A stretch of DNA of 64,000 bases, taken from an uncultured Chloroflexia bacterium. GTDB taxonomy: Bacteria; Chloroflexota; Limnocylindria; Limnocylindrales; CSP1-4. Below are positions 1 to 8,596 of the stretch, piece by piece; position 1 is the first letter of the stretch; the number at the start of each line of letters is the position of its first letter. Under the pieces are notes generated by a model. It searched no databases, was not told where the DNA came from, and saw only the letters and a program-made list of their open reading frames with translations. The translations under genes were made by a program, and so were the position numbers. The DNA is taken from assembly GCA_963810725.1 (NCBI GenBank), contig CAWEOO010000001.1, forward strand, positions 155,157 to 219,156, in the 5' to 3' direction.

Positions 1-1
1 G

Positions 2-1298
2 ATCGAGACGCTCGGGGCCGCGCTCGCGCTGCCGGGGCCCACGATCGTCCACGTGCGCACGCAGAAGGGCCGCGGGTTCCGACCGGCGATCGAGGACCAG
101 GTCAGCTTCCACGGCGCCGCGCTGCCGCCGATCGCGCTCACGCCGGCGGCCGACGCGTACGACGGATCGAAGGCGAAGCCGAAGGTCGGCGCCCGGATGG
201 CGAGCGCGGCCGCGACCGCGACGGGCGCCCCGCCGGCGATGCCGACCGAGATCGATGGCCGACGACGCCGCGGCACCGACCCGCGAGCCGGCCGCCCCGA
301 AGAAGCACCCCAACTACACCGCCGTGTTCGCGGCGGAGCTGATCGAGCTCGCCCGGACGGATCGGCGCATCGTCGGCATCACGGCCGGGATGCCGACCGG
401 AACGGGCATGTCGAAGTTCGCCGAGGTCTTCCCCGATCGGGTGTTCGACGTCGGGATCGCCGAGCAGCACGCCGTCACGCTGGCGACCGGGCTCGCGATG
501 GGTGGCATGCGCCCGGTCGTGGCGTTGTATTCCACGTTCCTCCAGCGCGCGTTCGACCAGACCGTCCACGACGTCTGCCAGAACGACCAGCCGGTCCTGC
601 TCGCGGTCGACCGCTCCGGGCTCGTCGGCGAGGACGGGACGAGCCACCAGGGCATGTTCGTGTTGCCGGCGCAGCGCCAGCTCCCGAACCTCGTGATCGC
701 GTCACCGAAGGACGAGCAGGAACTGCGGTCGCTGCTGCGGACGGCCCTCGCGCAGGATCGACCGTTCGCCCTGCACTACCCGCGCGATCCGGGCTTCGGC
801 CTGGATCCGGTGGAGCCCGCGGTCCTGGCGGTCGGGCAGGGCGAGACGCTGCGCGAGGGCCGGGACCTCTTGTTCGTCGGGTTCGGCCCGATCGTGGCCC
901 GGGTCGTGGAGGCCGCCTCGACGCTCGAGGCGGACGGCTGGTCGGTCGGCGTCATCAATGCCCGCTTCGCCAAGCCGCTCGATCGGCAGCTCATCCTGGA
1001 TGCCGCCCGCGGGAAGCGCCTCGTGGTGACGTTCGAGGAGAGCGTCGTGACCGGCGGCTTCGGCAGCGGCGTGCTGGAGCTGTTCGAGGAGGCGCGCCTG
1101 GCCGATCCGTCCTACCGCGACGTTCCGGTGCGGGTCGTGGGCATCCCGGGGGACCGGTTCGTGGACCACGGTTCCGTGGCGGACCTCCGCCGCGTCCTGC
1201 GGCTCGATGCCCCCGGCCTGGCGGACCAGGTGCGCGAGGCGTTGACCGCGATGCAGGCGACCCCCGGCCGTTCCGGCTCCGAGGTTCCCGCCGGCTGA
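2..1298 (+). CDS. dxs: 1-deoxy-D-xylulose-5-phosphate synthase, 3' part (5' end outside window). Reading frame changes near nt ~250.
   Basis: Frame 2 (nt 2 to ~250) reads IETLGAALALPGPTIVHVRTQKGRGFRPAIEDQVSFHG. ORF 255-1298 (frame 3) reads NYTAVFAAELIELA..ITAGMPTGTGM..FDVGIAEQHAVT..YSTFLQRAFDQ..DRSGLVGEDGTSHQG, typical DXS Pyr and C-terminal domains. Confidence 0.85.
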   Translation, partial: SRRSGPRSRCRGPRSSTCARRRAAGSDRRSRTRSASTAPRCRRSRSRRRPTRTTDRRRSRRSAPGWRARPRPRRAPRRRCRPRSMADDAAAPTREPAAPKKHPNYTAVFAAELIELARTDRRIVGITAGMPTGTGMSKFAEVFPDRVFDVGIAEQHAVTLATGLAMGGMRPVVALYSTFLQRAFDQTVHDVCQNDQPVLLAVDRSGLVGEDGTSHQGMFVLPAQRQLPNLVIASPKDEQELRSLLRTALAQDRPFALHYPRDPGFGLDPVEPAVLAVGQGETLREGRDLLFVGFGPIVARVVEAASTLEADGWSVGVINARFAKPLDRQLILDAARGKRLVVTFEESVVTGGFGSGVLELFEEARLADPSYRDVPVRVVGIPGDRFVDHGSVADLRRVLRLDAPGLADQVREALTAMQATPGRSGSEVPAG

Positions 1299-1314
1299 CG
1301 GTCGCGAGCCGCCG

Positions 1315-1538
1315 CCGCGGCCCTCGACCCGCTGGCGTCGTCTCCCACGCGACGCCGAGGCTCCCATGCGCCCAATCCGCGGCCCTCGACCCGCTGGCGT
1401 CGTCTCCCACGCGACGCCGAGGCTCCCAAGCGCCCGATCCGCGGCCCTCGACCCGCTGGCGTCGTCTCCCACGCCACGCCGAGGCTCCCAAGCGCCCGAT
1501 CCGCGGCCCTCGACCCGCTGACGTCGTCTCCCACGCGA
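1315..1538. repeat. Tandem array A: about 3.6 copies of a 62-bp unit (CCGCGGCCCTCGACCCGCTGGCGTCGTCTCCCACGCGACGCCGAGGCTCCCAAGCGCCCGAT)
   Basis: Copies start at 1315, 1377, 1439 and 1501 (last one truncated) and are near-identical. The period of 62 is not a multiple of 3. The array lies in the gap between the convergent dxs stop (1298) and XRE stop (1545). Confidence 0.95.
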
Positions 1539-1544
1539 TGGGAC

Positions 1545-2300
1545 CTATCGGCCGATGGCCACGCCGCGAGGCGGATGCGCGAGGACCGTCCCGTTGCCGT
1601 TCTCAAGCCTGATCCACAGGATTCCGGCTCCGGGCCACGGGGCAGACGGCGTCGTGAGCGCGGCGAAGACATCGGCCGCAGGGGCCGGGTATGCCGCGGC
1701 CAGCGTCGCTTCGAAGCGCCGGGCGATCTCGCGCGTCGCCTCAGTGGATCGAAGCAACAGGAGTCGGGAAACCTCGCGATCGCCTCTACCTTCATCCGCA
1801 AGGCGCGAGGCCAGCCCATCCGACTTCTCGGCGCTCCAGCGGACTTGCTGCTCCAGCCGCCGGATCTCGGATTGCGATTCGCTCGCGATCGTCGTCGGAC
1901 TGGAACGGTCATCCAGTACAAGGTCGATGACGCCGCGGGCGGGCAAGACGACTGAGACCTCAGGTGTCGGTTCCCATCGGGGATCGAGAACGCGGAGGAG
2001 AGCCTCGATCATCGGCGCCTGGAATCGGTCATGAAGACGCGGGCCCGTGCCGGCGAAGTACCGAATGCTCAGGTCCGCCCCCAACGCCACGCCGATCTTC
2101 GTGAGCACCTCGAGGCTTGGGCGGACGTCCGCTGCCTCGATCCTGGCCAGATGCGATGGATGAATTCCGGTGACGGCGCTCAATTCCCGGAGTGACACGC
2201 CGGCATCCAGCCGAAGGCGACGGACTTCATCACCGGTCCTGGTCGACTGGCTGCGGAGACGCCGAGTCGTCTCCTGTGTCACGCGCGTCTTGCTGATCAT
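1545..2300 (-). CDS. XRE-family helix-turn-helix protein with a ~170-aa C-terminal domain (possibly PD-(D/E)XK-like)
   Basis: ATG at 2300 (MISKTRVTQ...). HTH segment: LRLDAGVSLRELSAVTGIHPSHLARIEAADVRPSLEVLTKIGVALGADL. C-terminal part: GVIDLVLDD..IASESQSEIRRLEQ. The longer track ORF (to 2801) only reads through repeat array B. Confidence 0.75.
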   Translation of the reverse strand: MISKTRVTQETTRRLRSQSTRTGDEVRRLRLDAGVSLRELSAVTGIHPSHLARIEAADVRPSLEVLTKIGVALGADLSIRYFAGTGPRLHDRFQAPMIEALLRVLDPRWEPTPEVSVVLPARGVIDLVLDDRSSPTTIASESQSEIRRLEQQVRWSAEKSDGLASRLADEGRGDREVSRLLLLRSTEATREIARRFEATLAAAYPAPAADVFAALTTPSAPWPGAGILWIRLENGNGTVLAHPPRGVAIGR

Positions 2301-2338
2301 CTGGCAATTGAACTCCGGCGCCCTTACCTGCGACTCAA

Positions 2339-2677
2339 TTGGCCGTCGCGTGGCAGACGACGCCGGAGGGTCGAGGGGCGCCGGCCGAGCTCCTCGCGGT
2401 CTTGCCGTCGCGTGGCAGACGACGCCGGCGGGTCGAGGGGCGCCGGCCGAGCTCCTCGCGGTCTTGCCGTCGCGTGGCAGACGACGCCGGACCGCGGTCG
2501 AGGCGCGCCGGCCGAGCTCCTCGCGGTCTTGCCGTCGCGTGGCAGACGACGCCACCGGGTCGAGGCGCGCCGGCCGAGCTCCTCGCGGTCTTGCCGTCGC
2601 GTGGCAGACGACGCCACCGGGTCGAGGCGCGCCGGCCGAGGTCTTCGGGACCGTGGTGTCGCGTGACAGACGACGCC
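2339..2677. repeat. Tandem array B: about 5.5 copies of a 62-bp unit (CTTGCCGTCGCGTGGCAGACGACGCCGGCGGGTCGAGGGGCGCCGGCCGAGCTCCTCGCGGT), inverted relative to array A
   Basis: Copies start at 2339, 2401, 2463, 2528 and 2590, plus a degenerate copy from 2652. One unit is 65 bp. The ~35-nt core CGTCGCGTGG(C/G)AGACGACGCC(G/A)GCGGGTCGAGGG is the reverse complement of the array A core. Confidence 0.95.
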
Positions 2678-2772
2678 ACGCGCGTTGACGCGCCCACGCG
2701 CTTTGACGCCCCGAGGGCACCTTCGAGCGGGCCGTTGAGCCCGGGGAGAGCGGGCTGTGCCACGATACGGAC

Positions 2773-3606
2773 GTGACCCCGGACCCCGTCGCCCGACCCA
2801 ACGCCCGGAGGGGGCGCGTGCGGCTCGATCAGCTGCTCGTCGAGCGCGGCCTGGTCGAGACGCGCAGCCGCGCCCAGGCGCTCGTGCTCGCCGGCAAGGT
2901 GCGGGTCGGGGACGGCGACTCGGCGCGTCTGGACCACAAACCGGGCGACGCGCTCGATCCCGCGACCGCGATCGAGGTCGCCCGCCCGGAGCCGTACGTC
3001 AGCCGCGGCGGGCACAAGCTCGCGGCGGCCCTCGACGCCTTCGAGATCGACCCCGCTGGGCTGACCGCGCTGGACGTGGGCGCATCGACCGGTGGCTTCA
3101 CCGACGTCCTGCTGCAGCGCGGCGCGCGGCACGTCTACGCGCTCGACGTCGGTCGCGGCCAGCTCGCCGAGCGGCTCCGTCGCGACGAGCGGGTGACCTC
3201 GATGGAGCGGACGAACGCGCGCACCCTGACCGGCGCGACCTTCCCCGAGCCCATCGACATCGCGGTCGTCGACGTGTCGTTCATCTCGCTCGACAAGGTG
3301 CTCGGGCCGGTCAGCGCGACGCTGGCACCCCGCGCGCCGATCGTCGCCCTCGTCAAGCCGCAGTTCGAGGCGGGCAAGGGCCGCACGGATCACGGTGTCG
3401 TGCGCGACCCCGCGGTCCACCGCGAGGTCCTCGAGCGGATCGTCACCGTGGCCGCGGAGCACGGCCTCGGGACGCGCGCGCTCATCGCCTCGCCGATCCT
3501 CGGGCCAGAGGGCAACCGGGAATTCCTCGTCCACCTCGCACCGGGTCCCGGCTGTGCCGAGATCGGCGAGCGCATCGCCGAGGCCACGGAGCCGGACCGC
3601 CCATGA
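2773..3606 (+). CDS. tlyA: TlyA-family rRNA (cytidine-2'-O)-methyltransferase / hemolysin A
   Basis: S4-like N-terminus RLDQLLVERGLVETRSRAQALVLAGKVRV. FtsJ-type SAM motif: YVSRGGHKLAAALDAF..ALDVGASTGGFTDVLLQRGARHVYALDVG. Confidence 0.9.
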   Translation: MTPDPVARPNARRGRVRLDQLLVERGLVETRSRAQALVLAGKVRVGDGDSARLDHKPGDALDPATAIEVARPEPYVSRGGHKLAAALDAFEIDPAGLTALDVGASTGGFTDVLLQRGARHVYALDVGRGQLAERLRRDERVTSMERTNARTLTGATFPEPIDIAVVDVSFISLDKVLGPVSATLAPRAPIVALVKPQFEAGKGRTDHGVVRDPAVHREVLERIVTVAAEHGLGTRALIASPILGPEGNREFLVHLAPGPGCAEIGERIAEATEPDRP

Positions 3607-4454
3607 CCGTCGCGCGTATCGGGTTCGCCTACAACCCGACCCAGGAGGCCACCGCGGAGCTCGCCGACCGCGCCGCGGGCTGGTGCCGGATGCGCGGGAT
3701 CGCGGAGTGGCAAGCCCACGCCGGCGACACGGAGACGCTCCTGCGCGAGCTTCCGACCACCGACGCGCTCATCGTGCTCGGCGGCGATGGCACGTTCCTG
3801 CGCGCGGCCCGCGCGGTGGCCGAGGTCGACGTTCCGATCCTCGGCATCAACCTCGGCAAGGTCGGCTTCCTCTCGAAGGCCGAGGCGAGCGACCTCGAGA
3901 CGGTGCTCGAGCGCATCGCCGCCGGCGAGTTCACCTTCGACGAGCGGATGGTCATCGAAGGCCACATCCTGCGCGGCGGCGAGGACGGGGCAGGGGAGAC
4001 GGACCTGCACGTCGCCCTGAACGACATCGTCGTCGCGCGGGGATCCCTCGCGCGGGTGTGCCGGCTCGACGTCTCGATCGACGACACGCATCTCGCGACG
4101 TTCATCGCGGACGGCCTCATCGTCGCGAGCCCGACCGGCTCGACCGGCTACTCGTTCTCCGCCGGCGGGCCGATCCTCGACCCGGTCAGCCGGAACCTCA
4201 TCGTCACCCCGATCGCGGCGTACCTATCGGCCTTCCGGTCGGTCGTCGTGAGCCCGGAGCAGGTCGTCCGCTGCCGGGTGGTCGACGCGCACGAGGCGCT
4301 GGTGTCCGTGGACGGTCGCGAGGACCTGCAGATCGCCGTGGGGGACGTGGTCGAGGTCCGTGCCCTGGAACGGCCGATCCGGCTCCTCCACCCGCGCGGC
4401 GCCCTCTCGTTCTGGGACCTGCTCCGCCACAAGGTGGAGCTGCTGCCGTCGTGA
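3603..4454 (+). CDS. nadK: NAD kinase
   Basis: ATGA overlap with the tlyA stop. Motifs: IVLGGDGTFLRAAR, ILGINLGKVGFL, ADGLIVASPTGSTGYSFSAGGPI. Confidence 0.92.
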   Translation: MTVARIGFAYNPTQEATAELADRAAGWCRMRGIAEWQAHAGDTETLLRELPTTDALIVLGGDGTFLRAARAVAEVDVPILGINLGKVGFLSKAEASDLETVLERIAAGEFTFDERMVIEGHILRGGEDGAGETDLHVALNDIVVARGSLARVCRLDVSIDDTHLATFIADGLIVASPTGSTGYSFSAGGPILDPVSRNLIVTPIAAYLSAFRSVVVSPEQVVRCRVVDAHEALVSVDGREDLQIAVGDVVEVRALERPIRLLHPRGALSFWDLLRHKVELLPS

Positions 4455-6190
4455 GCGACGACGCCGCGGCGCCCGGCCGCCTGCTCGAGCTCACGGTCTC
4501 CGACCTGGCCCTCATCGACCGCTTGCGGCTCGCCTTCGACGCGGGCCTCAACGTCATCACCGGCGAGACCGGGGCCGGGAAGAGCCTGCTGATCGATGCG
4601 CTCGGTCTGGCGATGGGCGCCCGTGCCGACACGGGCCTGGTACGCCACGGCGCCGAGGCCGCCCGTGTCGAGGCGCTGTTCGATCGATTTCCGGAGCCGC
4701 TGATCGCGGTCCGGGACGTGGCCGCGAGTGGCCGGTCGACGGCCCGCCTCGACGACGCCGCCGTAACCGCGGCACGCCTGGCGGACGAGGTCGGTGCCCT
4801 CGTCGAGGTCCACGGCCAGAACGATCAGGGCCGCCTGCTCGACGAGCGCTGGCAGCGCGATCTGCTCGACGGGTTTGGCGGCCACGAGGAGCTTCGGGGG
4901 GCGATGGCCGGCACCGTGGAGCGCTGGCGCGAGAACCGGGCCGCGCTCGACGCGGCCGCCCTCGACCCACGGGAGGTGGCCCGCCGCCTGGACCTGCTCG
5001 AACACGAGGCAGCCGAGATCTCCGGTGCCGGGCTTCGCCCTGGCGAGGCGGACGAGATCCGTGGCCGCCTGACGGCTGCCCAGCATGGCGAGGCGATCGC
5101 CCGGGGAGCGGCTTCCCTGCGCGAAGCGCTGACCCAAGAGGGCGCCGGCGCCCGGGACACCGCCGCAGTCGCGCTCCAGGAAGCGCGTGGGCTGGCCCGC
5201 CTCGACCCGCGCTTCGAGCCGCTCGCGGAGCGACTCGCCGGCCTGGAGGCGGAGCTGACCGACGTGGCCGAAGAGGCGCGCCGGCTGTCCGAGAGCGTCG
5301 ACCACGACCCGCGCGCCGTCGCCGAGCTCGATGCGCGACTCGGGGTCATCCACGGGCTCATCCGCCGCTATGGCGACGACGAGGCGGCGGTGATCGCCCA
5401 CGGGGAGGAGGCCGCGCTCGAGGCGGAACGGCTGCGCGGCCTCGACGAAGAGCGTTTGCGACGGCAACGGGAGGACGCCGAGCGACTGGCCGAGGTCGCG
5501 GCCGCCGCGGTCGCTTTGTCCACGGCGCGCCGGGCCACGGCGAACGGCCTCGGGTCGGCGGTGGGGGAGGTCCTCGAGGAGCTCGGCTTCCCGGTCGGCG
5601 TCTTCGAGGTCGCGGTCGGCCGCCGTCCCGCGGGCCCGGGCGAGGCAGCCGTCGAGGTCGATGGCGACGCCGTCGCGTTCGATACGACCGGGGTCGACCA
5701 GGTCGTCTATCGCCTGGCGCCGAATCCCGGCGAGCCGGCGCGGGCGCTGGCCAGGATCGCCTCGGGCGGCGAGCTGTCGCGGGTGGCCCTGGCCATCAAG
5801 CGCGTCCTCGCGGAGGCCGACGAGACGCCCACGCTGGTCTTCGACGAGGTGGACAGCGGCATCGGCGGTCGCAGCGCCGACCCGGTCGGGCGGAGCCTGT
5901 GGGGGCTCGCCCGTCGCCACCAGGTGCTGTGCGTCACGCACCTGCCGCAGATCGCGGCCCACGCCGACGCGCACTACCGCATCGCCAAGCGCGAGCGGGA
6001 GGGCCGCACCGTGACCGAAGTCGAGCGCCTCGACCGCGAGGGCCGGATCGTGGAGCTCGCGGCGATGCTCGGCGGCGGTCCGGGCGATCCGGCGTCCCTG
6101 GCCTCCGCGCGCGAGCTGCTCGACCGGGCCGAGGCGTGGCGGGGCGGGGGAGCGGCCGTCGGCTCGGCAGGCGCCGACCGGACGGCGTGA
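4451..6190 (+). CDS. recN: DNA repair protein RecN
   Basis: GTGA overlap with the nadK stop. Walker A: ITGETGAGKSLLIDAL. Long coiled-coil region. SMC signature: ASGGELSRVALAIK..TLVFDEVDSGIGG. Confidence 0.92.
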   Translation: MSDDAAAPGRLLELTVSDLALIDRLRLAFDAGLNVITGETGAGKSLLIDALGLAMGARADTGLVRHGAEAARVEALFDRFPEPLIAVRDVAASGRSTARLDDAAVTAARLADEVGALVEVHGQNDQGRLLDERWQRDLLDGFGGHEELRGAMAGTVERWRENRAALDAAALDPREVARRLDLLEHEAAEISGAGLRPGEADEIRGRLTAAQHGEAIARGAASLREALTQEGAGARDTAAVALQEARGLARLDPRFEPLAERLAGLEAELTDVAEEARRLSESVDHDPRAVAELDARLGVIHGLIRRYGDDEAAVIAHGEEAALEAERLRGLDEERLRRQREDAERLAEVAAAAVALSTARRATANGLGSAVGEVLEELGFPVGVFEVAVGRRPAGPGEAAVEVDGDAVAFDTTGVDQVVYRLAPNPGEPARALARIASGGELSRVALAIKRVLAEADETPTLVFDEVDSGIGGRSADPVGRSLWGLARRHQVLCVTHLPQIAAHADAHYRIAKREREGRTVTEVERLDREGRIVELAAMLGGGPGDPASLASARELLDRAEAWRGGGAAVGSAGADRTA

Positions 6191-7104
6191 CCACCGCGTC
6201 CCTCGATCGGGTCGTGGAGGACTACCTCGCGTACCTCCATGTCGAGCGGGGCCTCGCACCCGCGACGATCCGGGCGTACCGCGGCGACCTCACGGACTTC
6301 GGCAGGTCGCTCGGCGAAGACGGGGAATGGGCCCGCTCGCCCGACGCCGCCGTTCGCTATCTCGCGGCCCGCACGCAGCGCGGCCGGCGGGGTGAGACGG
6401 GCCTCGCCCCGACCAGCCTCCGACGACGCGCGGCCGCGCTGAAGGGCTTCTACCGGTTCGCCTTCGGCGAGGGCCTCATCGACGTCGACGTCGCGACCCA
6501 CCTCGACCTGCCGCGCCAGAGCCGGCGCCTGCCCGACACGCTCGATGTCGGGGAGGTGGAGCGGTTGCTCGATGCCGCGTCGGAGGGTGGCGTGCGCGAC
6601 CGGGCGCTGCTCGAGCTGCTCTACGCCGCCGGTCTGCGGGTGAGCGAGGCCATCGGTCTCGATCGCGAGGACCTGTCGCTCGACGGCGCGTTCGTGCGGG
6701 TCATCGGCAAGGGCGACAAGGAGCGCCTCGTGCCGATCGGCGAGGTGGCGCTCGACTGTCTCGTCGCGTGGCTCGAGGGGCCGCGGACCGCCCTCCTGGA
6801 GCGCCATCACGTGGCGCCCGTCCGCGGCGGACCGCTGTTTCTCGGCGACCGCGGCGGGCGTCTCGCTCGGCAGTCCGCCTGGGCCGCCGTGACCGGCGCG
6901 GCCCGGCGCGCGGGCCTGACCGGCCGCGTGAGCCCGCACACGCTGCGGCATTCGTTCGCGACGCACCTGCTCGAGGGCGGGGCCGACCTGCGGGTCGTCC
7001 AGGAGTTGCTCGGTCATGCGAGTATCTCCACGACCCAGCTGTACACGCATCTGACCGGGGAGCGGATCCGGGACGTCTATCGCCGGGCCCATCCGCGGGC
7101 CTGA
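6187..7104 (+). CDS. xerD: Site-specific tyrosine recombinase XerD (XerC/D family)
   Basis: GTGA overlap with the recN stop. Motifs: YLHVERGLAPATIRAYRGDL, LLYAAGLRVSEA, GKGDKERLVP, HTLRHSFATHLLEGGADLRVVQELLGHASISTTQLYTH. Confidence 0.88.
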   Translation: MTTASLDRVVEDYLAYLHVERGLAPATIRAYRGDLTDFGRSLGEDGEWARSPDAAVRYLAARTQRGRRGETGLAPTSLRRRAAALKGFYRFAFGEGLIDVDVATHLDLPRQSRRLPDTLDVGEVERLLDAASEGGVRDRALLELLYAAGLRVSEAIGLDREDLSLDGAFVRVIGKGDKERLVPIGEVALDCLVAWLEGPRTALLERHHVAPVRGGPLFLGDRGGRLARQSAWAAVTGAARRAGLTGRVSPHTLRHSFATHLLEGGADLRVVQELLGHASISTTQLYTHLTGERIRDVYRRAHPRA

Positions 7105-7124
7105 TCGCAGGAGGGACACGGGGC

Positions 7125-7877
7125 ATGAGCTACGCCGACGGACTGCTCTCGAGCGGGGAGCGGATCGCCCACCGCGAGAAGCAGCACTGGTTCGTGTTCG
7201 TGTGGGGCGCGAAGCTGGCGGTCGGTGCCATCATCCTCGGCCTCATCCTGTTGATCCTCAGCCAGAACGTCGGGCCGGACCAGCGCACGATCGTGGGGGT
7301 CGCCGTCGCCATCCTGATCCTTGGTGGGCTCGGGGTCCTCGGCTGGCACATCCTGCGCTACCTGAACCAGGAATACGTGCTGACGAACCGCCGCGTCCTG
7401 CAGGTCGCCGGTGTCCTCAACAAGACCTCCACGGACAGCTCGCTCGAGAAGATCAACGACGCGCGGCTCTCGCAGTCGCTGTTCGGGCGGATCTTCGGCT
7501 TCGGCGACCTCGACATCCTCACCGCGGCCGAGACGGGCGTCGAGCGCTTCCGGATGATCCGCAACCCGGTCGGCTTCAAGAAGGCGATGCTCGACGCCAA
7601 GCACGAGTACGAACGCGATGTCGCGGGAACCGGGTTCGCCCCGAGCCCGCCGCTGCGCACCGAGCCCAGCCCGCCACGCCCGATCGCCGCGCCCGCCGCG
7701 GGCAGCATCGGCGACGAAACGGTGTCCGCCGGCACCGCCGGGCGCCCGCCGAACGCGGCCCTGAGCTCGGACGAGCTGACCCGAACGCTGTCGAGCCTCG
7801 CTGACCTGCGCGATCGGGGCGCGATCAGCCCCGAGGAGTTCGAACGCAAGAAGGCGGACCTGCTCAGCCGGCTCTAA
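7125..7877 (+). CDS. Membrane protein with a bacterial PH (YdbT/DUF304-like) domain and a C-terminal SHOCT-like motif
   Basis: GGAGGG lies 8 nt upstream of the ATG. Two TM helices, then YVLTNRRVLQVAGVLNKTSTDSSLEKINDARLSQSLFGRIFGFGDLDI. C-terminus: LADLRDRGAISPEEFERKKADLLSRL. Confidence 0.7.
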   Translation: MSYADGLLSSGERIAHREKQHWFVFVWGAKLAVGAIILGLILLILSQNVGPDQRTIVGVAVAILILGGLGVLGWHILRYLNQEYVLTNRRVLQVAGVLNKTSTDSSLEKINDARLSQSLFGRIFGFGDLDILTAAETGVERFRMIRNPVGFKKAMLDAKHEYERDVAGTGFAPSPPLRTEPSPPRPIAAPAAGSIGDETVSAGTAGRPPNAALSSDELTRTLSSLADLRDRGAISPEEFERKKADLLSRL

Positions 7878-7942
7878 CGGCCGATCCGGCCTCCACGCGT
7901 TCCGCGCGGATACGATAGGCAGCACCCGTACGAAAGGTCCCT

Positions 7943-8596
7943 GTGTCCGAACAATTCATCGCGAGCGTCATCGTCGTTGCGATCATGCTGCTGATCGGGT
8001 TCCCAGTTCACGAGTTCGCACATGCGCTGGCGGCATACCGGCTCGGCGACGGCACCGCCAAATTGCTCGGGCGATTGACGCTCAATCCAGTAGCCCACTT
8101 CGATCCACTTGGCGGCATCCTGCTCGCGGTCAGCTTCATCGGCGCCGGATTCGGGTTTGGGTGGGCGAAGCCGACTCCCATCAATCCGGCCAATCTCGCC
8201 GGCGGTCGGCGCGGTGAGGCGATCGTGGCCGCGGCAGGTCCGCTGTCGAACCTCGTCCTCGCGGCGGCAGCAGCGCTACCCCTGCGGTACCTCCTGGCGA
8301 CCCCGGACCTCGCCGCTCAGGTGCCGTTCCTGGTCATCCAGATCCTCTACCTGTTCGTGTACATCAACCTCTTGCTCATGATCTTCAACCTGCTGCCGAT
8401 CCCACCGCTTGATGGCTCGAAGGTGTTGTTCGCCTTCCTTCCCCCTCGGCTGTCCTGGCAGTGGCGCCCCATCCTCGAGCAGTACGGATTCATCCTCATC
8501 CTTCTGATCTTCTTCCTTCCGCCCGACAATTCCATCGGGAGCCGGATCTTCGTTCCGATCATCGATGCGTTCTTCAGCCTCCTGGTGGGCACCTAA
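7943..8596 (+). CDS. Site-2 protease family (M50) membrane metalloprotease
   Basis: HEFAHALAA zinc motif, multiple TM helices, NLLPIPPLDGSKV motif. Confidence 0.85.
   Translation: MSEQFIASVIVVAIMLLIGFPVHEFAHALAAYRLGDGTAKLLGRLTLNPVAHFDPLGGILLAVSFIGAGFGFGWAKPTPINPANLAGGRRGEAIVAAAGPLSNLVLAAAAALPLRYLLATPDLAAQVPFLVIQILYLFVYINLLLMIFNLLPIPPLDGSKVLFAFLPPRLSWQWRPILEQYGFILILLIFFLPPDNSIGSRIFVPIIDAFFSLLVGT

Noticed and set aside
53-1612. 519-aa ORF spanning the dxs region and repeat array A
   Set aside because: Only its first ~65 codons match DXS. The rest is an Arg/Pro-rich out-of-frame read-through of dxs and the non-coding repeats, typical of high-GC DNA.
1315-2677. CRISPR arrays (regular ~62-bp periodicity at 1315-1538 and 2339-2677)
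   Set aside because: The whole 62-bp unit repeats, so there are no unique spacers between conserved repeats. No cas genes are present. These are plain tandem repeats.
2757-4454. 565-aa ORF suggesting a long N-terminal extension on NAD kinase
   Set aside because: The first ~280 codons overlap tlyA out of frame and are Arg-rich junk. NadK motifs begin at ATG 3603, which overlaps the tlyA stop.
4148-6259. Long antisense ORFs opposite recN, ALDH, the EtfD-like gene, the acyl-CoA dehydrogenase, the GT8 gene and others (for example 4148-6259, 22532-24544, 33784-35523, 36736-38637, 49611-50975, 51192-52682, all minus strand)
   Set aside because: They have Arg/Gly/Pro-dominated low-complexity translations and no recognisable motifs. 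They lie opposite genes with clear homology, the expected stop-codon-poor artefact in GC-rich DNA. The exception is the last 74 codons of 36736-38637, which are called as a zinc-ribbon protein.
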